A stretch of 64,000 bases of DNA from Selaginella moellendorffii (Eukaryota > Plantae > Lycopodiophyta), in contig NW_003314269.1 in the NCBI RefSeq assembly GCF_000143415.4, positions 1,495,544-1,559,543 on the forward strand. Reading direction: 5' to 3'. The notes under the pieces were generated by a model. That model worked only from the letters and a program-made list of their open reading frames with translations. It was not told the DNA's origin and ran no database searches. Made by a program: the position numbers and the translations under genes. Within the stretch, counting starts at the first letter, position 1. Each line of letters begins with the position of its first letter. This document shows positions 53,175-64,000 of this stretch, piece after piece.

Positions 53175-54096
53175 CAAATAAGAGTTCCACCATCTTGCAA
53201 TCTATGGTGGTGATCAATTTATTGACTTTCTAACGCCGTTGTACCGCCTGCTACGCGGACCTGGGTTTGATCTGAACGGTGAAATTCGAAAAAACACAGT
53301 GATTTGTTTGAGCCTATCAGCTGGCACAGTTTGTCATAGACTCTTAAAATGATCATTTTTTAAAATTATTTTTAATAAACTATCAGCTAGAAAATGTTAA
53401 ACAAGTTTAGATGTTATATTATGCAATTATGATTTATCTAACTTTTTTGAGTGTTTGATAGTTAAATTACTAAATTATCTCTTATAAAATTAACTATATT
53501 ATTTGTATATTCATATATATATATATAAATTTTTTTAAAAATATGTATGTATTTGTAATATATAAAGAAATACATACTCAATTTCTTTTGATATAAATGT
53601 TGTGTAAATAGATTTTTTGATAGCAATTTTGTTTCTTACTATTTTCAATAAATATGTCCAGATTTAAATTATTTTATTTAATTGTCATAAAACATACATT
53701 TGTAAAATAAAAATCTATATCTCCATCAAATTTTTTAATATTTGTTATCATATATCATATACACAAATTTTACATAAGATGATTTAACTTTAAAACTTGT
53801 TATATCTCAAAGTATGATTGAAAAGAATCATTTATAAAATAAAGATAAATTGATAAATTAATTAACTAGCTCAACAAGCTTTAAACACTTAATGATTGTA
53901 CCCAAATAACAATTAAAAATAATTTAAAATTAATAATTAGTTAGCAATATAGGATTTTGATTTGGATGTGAGTAAAAAATAAATTCTAACATCAATTGTT
54001 ATTTTACAAATAATACTAAAAATATTTAGTATTTGATATTGAAAACACAAATATAATATTTATAAATTTACTATTTTAATTCTTAGGGCATTTGCA

Positions 54097-54713
54097 ATGG
54101 CGCTTCTGGGCCTCTCCACGCTAACTCACAAGCAGGATGTGGATGCTATGATCCGGGACACCCTAGACAAAGTGTTGGTGCTCAGATTTGGGCGCGCCAC
54201 GGATCCCCTGTGCATGCAGCTGGACGAGACAGTGAGTGATTAGTTTCGCACTGCAATCTCACTTTCTTGGCTGCTCTTCTTCTTCAGCTTGGCAAAAGTT
54301 CGCGGGAGCTGTCCAAATTCGCAAGCATTGCGCTCGTGGACGTCGACGCACAAGAGATCCAAGTCTATCTTCACTATTTCGACATTACGCTCATTCCAGC
54401 GACCGTCTTCTTCTTCAACTCCCAGCACATGAAAATGGATTCCGGGTAAGTAAATGCTTCGCTACCAGGTTCTTACCACAAGTTCGTCTTGTCCAGGACA
54501 CCCGATCACACCAAATGGATTGGCGCCTTCCACAGCAAACAGGATTTCATCGATGTTGTAGAGGTACTGAAAAGAAAGATAAATCGCATTTGCTTGATGT
54601 ATTGTAATTACCAGACCATCTACAAAGGCGCCATGCGCGGAAAGCTCATCGTCAATTGTCCATTACCGGCGGACAGAGTTCCCAAGTTTGAGCTCCTGTA
54701 CAAGGATATCTAA
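54097..54713 (+). CDS. TXNL4B: Thioredoxin-like protein 4B / DIM1-like spliceosomal protein
   Basis: [62 protein letters not shown]. Confidence 0.9.
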
Positions 54714-54731
54714 AGTGAGCTCCAAAAACGT

Positions 54732-56534
54732 CTATAATCTTACCTCTGGATCTTCAGTGTAGCTCCTCGCCTTTGCTGGGAAGAACTGAGCTGCGTTGGA
54801 CTGAAAGGAGCCAACGAGAGTCGTCCAGGAAACGAAGTCCGACTTGAAAGGCATTCGAAAGATGAGCTCCCGAGCGTCTCTAAACTGGCCAGCCCTCCCG
54901 AGAACGTCCACAAGGCACGCAAAGTGCTCCCTCGCACAAACGATGCCAAAGTCGTGAGTGGCCGAGCACAGGTACTGCAGGCCTCTCTTCACCAGGCCAA
55001 CATGGCTGCACGCCGCCATAACGCTCTGCAAGGATATCTCGTTGGGCTTGAGTCCCTCGAGCAACATCTCGTGGAAAAGCTGGATGGCGATCCTCCCTCG
55101 GCCAGTTCTCGAGTAGCCGGAAATGACCGCGTTCCAGGGGACTGTATCTTGCTCGGGGATGCCATCGAAGAGAGCTCGGGCCTCGCTGATTCTGCCAGTT
55201 TGAGCGTAAGCTCCGACCATGGCGGTCCAGGAAACGATGTTCTTCTCCGGCATAACGTCGAACAAGCTCCTGGCCTCGTCCAGATAACCGTGCTGGGCGT
55301 AGGCGATGACCAAGCTAGTGGAAGAGACGCTGTCGTGGAAAGGCATCCTGTCGTGCATAAACTTGGCCTGCTCGAGGTACCCGTCGCGGGCATACGCCTG
55401 GAAGATCGCAGTCCACGACTCCACCGTGTGCTCTTGGAGGTTGCCAAACATGTCTTGAGCTTCCCGGAGGTGACCCTTTCGGATGTAAGCCACGGCCATG
55501 GAGCAGCAGCTCACCATGTCCCAGCACGGCATCACGTCGAAGACGCTCTTGGAGTCCTCGAGAAGACCCCTCTCGTTGTAAGCACTGACCATGATCGTGA
55601 ATGGAACGATGCTCGTCACCGGCATTGCGTCGAAGATCTCCTTGGCTCTTTCCAGGTGCCCGTTTTGAGCGTAGCCGGTCATCAGCGTCGCCCAGGAGAG
55701 AACGTCATACTGCGGCATCCCGTCGAAGATCTTCTGAGCGCTGTTCAGCTGCTGAGTCTCGGCGTAGCCTTGCAGCAGAGCAGTCCAGCACACGACGTTC
55801 CGCTCGGGCATTCCGTCGAACAGATGCTGAGCTTGGCTGATTTCCCCAGCTTGAGCATACGCTTGAACCATCGTCGTCCACGAAACAATATCCTGTACTG
55901 GCATGCCGTCAAAGATGCTACGAGCCTCTTCCAGGTAGCCATTCTCGGCATAAGTTCTCAGCATAGCCGTCAGAGCCACCATGTCACAGCTTGGCATTCG
56001 CTCGAACAGGCACCTCGCTTCGTCCAGATACCCGTTCTGGGTGTATGCCGATAGCATCGTCGTCCACGTTACCAGGTTCCGGTCGGGCATCCTGTGGAAG
56101 ATCCTCTCGGCGTCTCTGATCCTCCTGTGCCTGATATAACCCGAGAGCATTGACGTCCAGGATACTACGCTCTTGTCGCCCATCGAGTCGAAAACCGCCT
56201 CCGCCTGGTCGATCTGCCCGTTGCTGGCATAAGCTGCGATGAGCATGTTGCACGAGAACTCGTTGGGCCGAGCAATGGAGTCGAACGTTCTGCGAGCCTC
56301 CGTAGTACTTCCGCATTTTCCATACATCTGGACGAGTAAGTTGGCGAGGAAAGTATTGTCGCGGTACCTGCTGTGCCGGATCTGATCGTGGATGAGTCGC
56401 CCCTTGACCAGATCTTTGGAGTCGGAGCAGACTTTCAAGAGCCTAGCAAACTGCGAGTCGTCAAGTTCTTCCACAGCTCGAGATGGAGTTCTCGATGGAG
56501 TTCTCGATGGTAAGACCACTCGGCTTTGTGCCAT
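54732..56534 (-). CDS. PLS-class PPR protein with long array of 31-aa SS motifs, truncated in E domain
   Basis: Intronless 600-aa ORF; about a dozen FDxMPxxNxVSWT repeats; EHFACLVDVLGRAG; no DYW. Confidence 0.92.
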   Translation of the reverse strand: MAQSRVVLPSRTPSRTPSRAVEELDDSQFARLLKVCSDSKDLVKGRLIHDQIRHSRYRDNTFLANLLVQMYGKCGSTTEARRTFDSIARPNEFSCNMLIAAYASNGQIDQAEAVFDSMGDKSVVSWTSMLSGYIRHRRIRDAERIFHRMPDRNLVTWTTMLSAYTQNGYLDEARCLFERMPSCDMVALTAMLRTYAENGYLEEARSIFDGMPVQDIVSWTTMVQAYAQAGEISQAQHLFDGMPERNVVCWTALLQGYAETQQLNSAQKIFDGMPQYDVLSWATLMTGYAQNGHLERAKEIFDAMPVTSIVPFTIMVSAYNERGLLEDSKSVFDVMPCWDMVSCCSMAVAYIRKGHLREAQDMFGNLQEHTVESWTAIFQAYARDGYLEQAKFMHDRMPFHDSVSSTSLVIAYAQHGYLDEARSLFDVMPEKNIVSWTAMVGAYAQTGRISEARALFDGIPEQDTVPWNAVISGYSRTGRGRIAIQLFHEMLLEGLKPNEISLQSVMAACSHVGLVKRGLQYLCSATHDFGIVCAREHFACLVDVLGRAGQFRDARELIFRMPFKSDFVSWTTLVGSFQSNAAQFFPAKARSYTEDPEVRL

Positions 56535-56605
56535 TCCATAACTTAGCTAGAGACCTGAAATTAAGCGCAATATAAAATCCAATAGTAATAAGAATTCCAT
56601 CAACC

Positions 56606-58194
56606 TCAACTCTCGGATGGTCCCTGAAAAGAAGCTTGCCAAAAACCAGCAAGGGCACTGCCAAACACGGAGTGACAGACGCTGGAAATTGCACAAGGGA
56701 CAGCAGTCAATGGACTGGTAAAGTGCTGGTTTGCAAGAACCACTCCCAGTACCGAGTTCTGAAGGTAGACCAATGTTAGTGAGAGTGCAACGAAGAAGCA
56801 CTGCTGACTTGCCTGCATGCCAACCTCGATTGATATTGTCCGAGCTGTGGATTCGCTAAACCTTATGACTTTGGCAGCTAGATATCCAAGCAAAAATCCA
56901 GATGCATGCAGCATTGCGACCGCCACGAAAATCTGAGCACCCGTGGTGGTGATTGCTGCAGCACTCTGCGCGATTGCACCGGCACAAACTGCAGCAATCG
57001 TAACCACTGCAACTGTTGGAGCTAAGGGCGATAGAATCCGAACGAGTCCAGGGAGATAGTGCGCCATCCCAGCTCCTGCCAGGACCGGCAAAAGTACCAC
57101 CTACAATAGGCAAATTGTTTCAAAAAGTTCGGAACTGAAAAACTCGTTACCTGCAATGTTGACAACACGAGAGCGTTTGCATCAACAGCGACGTATTGTC
57201 CAGCGAGCTTGGCCGTCAAGAGAGGCGTCATTACCTGTTATAAAGAAACAAATAAGCATCTACGATCACCAAAGCAAATGTTATATATTCACAAACCACT
57301 GCTAAGAATGTGCTGATCGCTGTCATAATGACTGAAAGCGCAACATTGCCCCTGTATAATCCAGTGGAAGACCAGTACTTTAGCAAGTAGAAAATGGAAG
57401 AACAAAAGAAAGGATGCAACGAATTTTACCTTGCAAGGTATGTAACAACGTTACTCGCAGTTCCTGTATGAACAAGTTACACATTTGCAAGTATGAAATG
57501 AAGGAAAAAAAAACCTCCTGGGCAGCAAGATACTAGCACGAGACCCGCGGCATAGTGAGATGGCAATCCCAGAACACGAGCTACGGTAGCTCCTGTTAGT
57601 GGCATGATCTAACGAAGATGAAAAAAAAAAACCAACAAAATTTTAAGAATAGAGAAGAACATCGAAACTCTCAAACCGTGTATTGCAAGAACACTCCAGC
57701 AGCAACTTCCCGTGGCATCGACAAGGCTCCTTTGAGATCATCGATCGAAAGAGTCATTCCCATTCCTGTGATCCAAGTCATTAATTTTAACACTGGGAAA
57801 GTTTCCTTTAATACGTACCAAGCATCGTGATCGTGATCCCGACCATCTGGAGCTGCCCCTTGATCCACAAGAACGCGCTCGGCCTGACCAATGCCGCCAC
57901 ACAGGCGATCCCGACCCAGACCGGGAACAAGGACGAGAGCACACCTCCAATGGCTTCAAGCCTTTGGATCCACACGCCATCGCCCTCTTCCACGGGCGGA
58001 TCTCCAAAACTCCTGGCCGCGGGAACTGCGGGATCTGATCGCGACCGATTCTCGGTGAAGCTCCGAGATTTGTGCGAGTGGAATATGAGCCCGTTCTTGC
58101 TGCTATAGAGAGATCTTGGAGCCGATATCGAAGAAATACGGGCTCGATCCCGTAATATCACCGCTCCAGCAGAGAAACAAGCGCTTGCCGCCAT
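56606..58194 (-). CDS. Plastid bile acid:sodium symporter family protein (BASS1-like)
   Basis: Transit peptide; LFPVWV; MLGMGMTL; LQYTIMP; CCPGGTASNVVTYLA; ARTISIEVGMQNS; VPCAISSVCHSVFGSALAGFW. Confidence 0.9.
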
Positions 58195-58450
58195 GAAAAT
58201 GGAAAAACTATCGAGGGATCACAGATCCCGAGCCTCGGGAAGATTTTTAGAGATCAGCTGCCACAAGATCCAGGAGGACGAGGAGAGGATAGACATGACC
58301 ACCAGGAAGTACTTGATGCAGCACGGGCAACTACAGCACGGACAGGGCCTCTTCTCCTCTACTCTCGCCATACCCCTCAAGAACCCTAAAACAAAGTTTT
58401 GGGGGAAGTTCTGAAATTCCTCATCTAAATCTCCGCATTTTCTTCCTACT

Positions 58451-58694
58451 CTAGGTGCTCAGCCGCGCCTTGCGAGCTTCCTCTGCCTTATCCATGTAAT
58501 CCTGATGACTGGAATGCTTCACACCTGATAGAAATGGGATAGTGGCATCAATCGGTCGATCAAATCAGAGAAGAGAACGAACCTCTGGTCATGAAGTACC
58601 AGGGAATGTAGCCCACTCCCAAGATCGTCACGACACCGATGAAGACGTGCTTGTTGTCACCGCTGTAGAGGAATCGGCGGACCCATGGCTCCAT
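58451..58694 (-). CDS. Small single-TM plant protein (~61 aa, 2 exons)
   Basis: MEPWVRRFLYSGDNKHVFIGVVTILGVGYIPWYFMTRG|VKHSSHQDYMDKAEEARKARLST*; GT-AG intron. Confidence 0.75.
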
Positions 58695-58788
58695 CACAAC
58701 AAACCAGATTAGGGTTCTTGCTAAAACCCTGGGTACGGACAACGTACGGACGACAAACCAGATTAGGGTTCTTTGGTACGGTATGTTC

Positions 58789-60351
58789 TTAGTCGTGTGG
58801 GGTGTTACAATGGACGTGGTGTACGATAACGCTGGATCGCACGGAGCCTCCAATTGGACTGGACGGGCGCTTAGCAGCACCGGAGACGCAGTTTGATGGG
58901 CAGACGTTGTCGCCGATGAGCGATCGACCACTCGAGAAGAAGTAGAGGAATTGTTCCCAAGTGATGGCCCCGACTCCTGCCAATTTTGAGATGAGAATCA
59001 AAAATCGTCCACGGAAAATTGGAAGAACTACTCTTACCAGTGGAGTCGATCCTGTTGAAGACGCTTTCGAATGATTCTCTACGGCCGTCTTTGCCTTTGG
59101 CTCTAGACAATTGCATGAATGCGGCTATCTGGAATGAAATGCTTCAGCTCTCGAGAGAAAGGAGTAGCAACTTACGTCCTTGTCGCGCTTCATCGCGGCC
59201 ATGAGTTCCTTCTTAGTGATGTTTCTGTCAGCAGCGTTTGAGATTCTCTCCTGTTAAAAAAATAGCGTACCCAGTGTTTTCATAGTCGATCTTTGTAAAC
59301 ATCTCCCACAGTCGCCGATACTCTTTCACGGAGATTCCAGCAGCTCCGGCGAGAGTTCTGATGTACGAAAGCTCCCTTGCATTCTTGCTGGCCCTTCTTA
59401 CCAACGCAAACGCAGTGCTTAGCTGCTCCAAGGCCCTGAGCACAGAAGGAAACTCGCAGTTAAACAAAATCTGGCAGCTCTAGAAACAATTCCGACATTT
59501 GTGTTACCGCTTTTACGTAGTTAAGGATGCCGAGGAGAACGATTGACAAACATACTTTGCATGGAACGTGAGGCAGCTGTGGAGGAACTGCTCGACAAGT
59601 TGCTGTAAATCCACGAAGAAATGTTAAGAGAGCATGAAAGAGTTTCAATATCAAAACTTACGTGGTAAGGCTCGAAAGGATCTCCCAAATCTCCCGGCCA
59701 GCGCGGTTGCCAGCCATCGTTCACGCTTTTTATCACAGCCTTGCAGTCCACTCGCCTGTTACAGCCAACTGGAGGCTCCGGGGCCGCTGCCACTCTCGGT
59801 ACGACCCCTCGAGAACCAAATAGAAGAATCGAAGCTTCAATGGCTGCTTTGTTTCGCTCAGTCTGCAAAATGAGAAAGATGAAAAATGCATCGTAAGAAT
59901 TTTTTTCCTCTGCAAGATCCATTCTCACCATGAAACATCGACCTTCTTCCGCTGATAGAACAGCATCCGCAGCGCTATAGAGGCTAGCGACTTGTTCCTC
60001 TAAAATCACAAAGCACAGTAAGAAACTTACGAAAAAAAAGCAAGAAAAATTCCAACTCACGATGACACTGGAATGTATCGATGTCATTCGACTCATTCAA
60101 GCTCTGCTCTAGGCGAGCGCACGCTTGAATCGCTCTCGAGACATCAATGTCGTAGCGCTTCACGCCTGTATACAAGGCGCAATCTCCAATCCTAGCTCGA
60201 ATCGATCAGAATCAAACTTACGCCGCATTTCAGTCGCCCACGTCTTGAGCGCGTAGCGCAGCGCCCGGACATGGCTGCTCCGCTGGAACTGGGGATCCCT
60301 CCACACGGCGCAATCGGCGATTAGGGCTCGCCCTAGCTCTTCGCACGCCAT
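58789..60351 (-). CDS. Multi-exon protein with C-terminal EF-hand pair
   Basis: LWEMFTKIDYENTG|NITKKELMAAM and FESVFNRIDSTG...ITWEQFLYFF; GT-AG introns; exon model approximate. Confidence 0.6.
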
Positions 60352-60474
60352 GAGCTACCTTCTACACTAGCTAGTATTAAAAATCCAGCACCGAAGAACA
60401 CGGAGAAAACGGTTTGTACAGCGGACGTGGCAAAAACTCGAATATTTTGAGGCATATTCTCCATTCAAATTTTT

Positions 60475-63400
60475 CTAGAGGTCGACTGGCCTTGGCTCTG
60501 GCTTTCTTATATGCCGGAACGAAGCTCCAGGCTCGGTGGGCTTGAATGGTGGATGGGCTCCTCCGAATGGTTTTGGGAGGCCATAGTTATCAACTGGAAT
60601 GTAAGCGTTTGGCCTTGGCTCGGCAGTAGATCTGCGAGAGAAGGAAACTCGTAAGAACTCAAGACAAACAAGAGATCAAGAGCTTGCCTTCGTTCTCCAA
60701 ATTCCGAGTCGTCCCGGCTGAATCCACACGCCGAGAACGAGCGCCTCTGCATATGGTGCCATTCTCTCTCGCAATCCGCGGTTGGAGGCTGGAGAAAAGG
60801 AAAGAACAGTTGGAGAAAACTGGAAGAACAGTGTTTCTCACCTCTCCATTAGCTAGACGAGCCGAGGCTTCCAAAAGGACGGCCTCCAGACACTCTTTCT
60901 CTTGCTTCAAACTCATGGCTGTTGCCTGCACAAAACACAAATAACTCGATGAGACGATGAACTAGAAATGGAAAACTTGAATCTACTGACTTGTGTTAGC
61001 GATAGCTCCGAAACGGTGGCCATCATTTGCGTGGTGACATGTCGAAGCTGTCGCTGGAACCGGCTCATCTTTGAGACAGTTTCCACGGCGTCGGCATAGC
61101 CATCAGCCGCCTGTTTTTTCAGGTCCTCGGCCAGAGCCGTCACCTGTGAAACAGCCACACGTAGAAATCAAAGTCGATATCAACAGATAGAGAATTACCT
61201 CCTCCAAGACAAGGTTTTTCTCCAAGGATTGGTCGCCTTTCCGGTGGAGGAAGAACTCCAATGCTGTGAGCTTCGCCATGAGCTCGTTTGCCGTCGGGTC
61301 GGTGCCTTCTAGCAGCCTCCAGTGAGCTTTGTTCTCCGGATTTTCTACCAGCTTAGACAGCCTCTCGCCTTCTTGCACGGTTAATCTCAACTGGAGTAAT
61401 GACGCATAAGCGAATGCGAGGAAAGAGAAGACAAAGCATGACATACTTGAATTTTGACGTTCTTGATCTCCTTGCGTATTTCCACCGCATTTGGAAGAGA
61501 CTTGTAGCAGAGAAGAATATATCTTTCAAGGTTGATGAGCTCCGGCTTGAGTAAGGCAATTTCGTTTTCTCGTTTCAAAAGTTCAATCTCTGAATGTTTT
61601 AGAAGCTCATCCTGCATCGAGACGAACACTTAAACCACGAAAAACGATATAATTCTCGACAACAAACCTGGGCGTGAGACTTCTCATAAAGGATACAAAG
61701 CTCATCGTTGCGATCTATGAGAGATATACCAGTGTGGTTTCGGCTTAAAACCGCATGTTCATACTGTTTTCTGAACGATTCCATGTCCTTTTCGGCGTTC
61801 CGAAGGAGACCATTTAGCTTGTCAATTTCTATCATGTGCTCATCCGCCATTTCCTGGCCGATGAGCCTGAGTTAGTTCGACAAAGAAGCTGTGAAAGGAA
61901 GTAATCACCTTCTTCTTTTGCAGTGCAATGTGGCACTGCGTAATCTCTGACCGAAGAAGAAAACGGTGTTGAACAATGATGGCAAACTCTTTCCTCATCT
62001 TCGTCAAGACCTTATCTTTGTACAAAACCTCGTTCTGCAGCATGTTTACTTCGACCTCCAGCATCCCCATCTTGTCCTTGAGCTCGAGAATTGTGAGATT
62101 GCTTAACTAAAAACATCGACACAAGTCAGCAGTGATATCTCTACCACATAACAACACAGACCTGCATCAGTTTGACAGACTTATTCCGTTGGCTTCTAAG
62201 AAGATTATACACATTGAAGAACTTGGCATAGGTGTCACAGATATCCTTTTCCTTCTTTTGTAGAAATGCGATAGTAATGTCTGAGACCCGAATTCTTTCT
62301 CTGGCTTCTTTTAGTTGTTGAACCTGCAAAATCACAAACAACGTGAGGAAAACCGGGGGAAACTAGCTCGCATTACCTTCAAAGAAAGTGTACGACAAAT
62401 ATTTTCACGCATGCTCGCAAGCTCTCCCGCTTGTTGTTGCCGTTCGTAGTCAAGACTAATGGATCTATAAACCTCCCTTTCGAGCTCCGTTGCCTGCATT
62501 ACGCGCCGTAACTCTGCCGAAAGAAATCAAGGCTTACCTTTTGATGACCCTCGCGTAGTTGCGCAACCATTTCCTTGCCAACTCCTTTCAACTCGGTGTA
62601 CATACGCATTCTACCATCAATGTCTTTCTTAATCTCTAACACTGTGGTATGCACTTTCTTTCTTTCGTTTTCAACTTGCATAAGCTAAGAACTTGGCCGC
62701 AGTTAGTCGCAAAAAGGAAAAGATAGAAGGCTATACCTGCATATTTATGTTGCTCTTGACGGCTCCAAAGGATGGAAGGGTATCCTGTATTTGCTTGAGC
62801 ACATTTTCTGTGTGTTTGACCTTCTTTGTTATCTTATCCTTGTCGGTGGTACGAGTGACGAGCCTCTCCTGCTCCACTTTGTGATCTGTTTGCAGGGCTT
62901 TCAATTGCATATCCAAAGTCACCTGCATCACGAGAAACGGACCTTTTTTTTCCGGGAAGTCATTTATGAATTCTTACTCGATCCGCAAGATATTGATCGG
63001 CATCTAGACTATGAAGCTCAAGCTCCTTCTTCATCTCCGCAACTGATTGCTCCTATAGCAAAAAGCAGTAGTTATTAGGCGTTGACGACAGGATCGTAAA
63101 ATCGTACCTTCTGTTCAGTCAGTTGCCGAACCTTTTCCAGTTCAACCGCAAGCCTTGCATGTTCTTCAGTAGTTTCTCTCATGTTTTGATTTAGCTTTTC
63201 AATATGTGTTTCGAGTTCCTTGATCTGCGAAGGACGCATGTAATTTGTCATGTATTTGTCAGTTTTGCGACCATGATAACACCTTCTCGCTGTAATTTTG
63301 ATCCTGAGTGGTGAGCCCTTTGACTCCATTTGAGAGAACATCTGCCTGTTACCACAATCCACTTAACCAGAAAAATCGCAAGAAGAAAACTTGCCTGCTT

Positions 63401-64000
63401 TTTAAGCTTCTCTGGAACTCCATCGTATGTCGTCAGAGTTTGAAACTCTCCTCTTCTATGAACGGTAAGACCTTGCATGTCGGTCGCCAGGACCTCAAGA
63501 CGCGCTTGAATTTCAGCGCTCTGCCAAAAATGTGGTCGCGTGTGATGGGTGGAGCCTATAAAAACAATTGAGCAATCTGAAAACTTACACAGGAGAGGTT
63601 TTAAGTTGTAAGAACGATTATACCTCCTTCTTTAGTTCCTCAATTTTTGCAATAGAATCACCGTGCTGGCTATGCAAATCGCTAATATCCATCTGTATGG
63701 ATCACAAAACTCAGAGATAACGAAGGAGGCAGATTACCAAATGTATCTATCACCTTCAGTTGAAGCAACGTTGGCTGTAGAGCCATATCATACTCATGTT
63801 CTATCTCTTCGATCCTCTTCTGAAATTCTTCTTGCGCCCTTCTAAGATCCGTTTCTTCAGCCTGCAATGCCAAGTCCCTCTCCCTGCGGCAAAGTTGGTT
63901 GTCTAGCTAGGAAGATAAAAACATAGACAAAGAACCATACTTTACCTGCATGCCAGTGCTTCTGATTCCGCTTGCTCCGAGTCCTCACGAAGCATGTCGA
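60475..64000 (-). CDS. CCDC146: CCDC146 / MBO2 flagellar coiled-coil protein (5' end outside window)
   Basis: [37 protein letters not shown]-terminal [12 protein letters not shown]...[35 protein letters not shown]. Confidence 0.85.

Noticed and set aside
54924-56054. 376-aa plus-strand ORF
   Set aside because: Antisense shadow of the PPR repeats

Overview
Eukaryotic, gene-dense plant nuclear DNA with very short (~50-70 bp) introns, SS-motif-rich PLS-class PPR genes and a flagellar (CCDC146/MBO2) gene. This points to a motile-sperm land plant, most likely the lycophyte Selaginella (inferred). About 19 apparently intact genes are present: MEE44-like nucleotidyltransferase, EG45/PNP-like secreted protein, HISN6, ADAL/MAPDA, steroleosin, pPLAI, WDL/TPX2, importin-alpha, CRR42, two PPRs, BCAT, FRIGIDA-like, ERI1-like, TXNL4B, BASS, a small membrane protein, an EF-hand protein and CCDC146. 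There are two accessory zones. (i) 13.5-19.7 kb holds gene relics: a succinyl-CoA ligase fragment, a HISN6 duplicate and a decayed Crinkler-type NTPase-REase. (ii) 27.4-49.2 kb is a tandemly triplicated importin-alpha/PPR/CRR42/BCAT cassette in which each gene survives intact exactly once, interrupted by a young TRIM (identical LTRs, PBS, PPT, TSD) and a decayed chromovirus. Other notable points are a steroleosin lacking catalytic Lys/Asn, an animal/fungal-type BCAT, and a WDL protein with a repetitive His/Asp/Glu tail. All calls come from reading the sequence and recognising motifs; no database searches were run.
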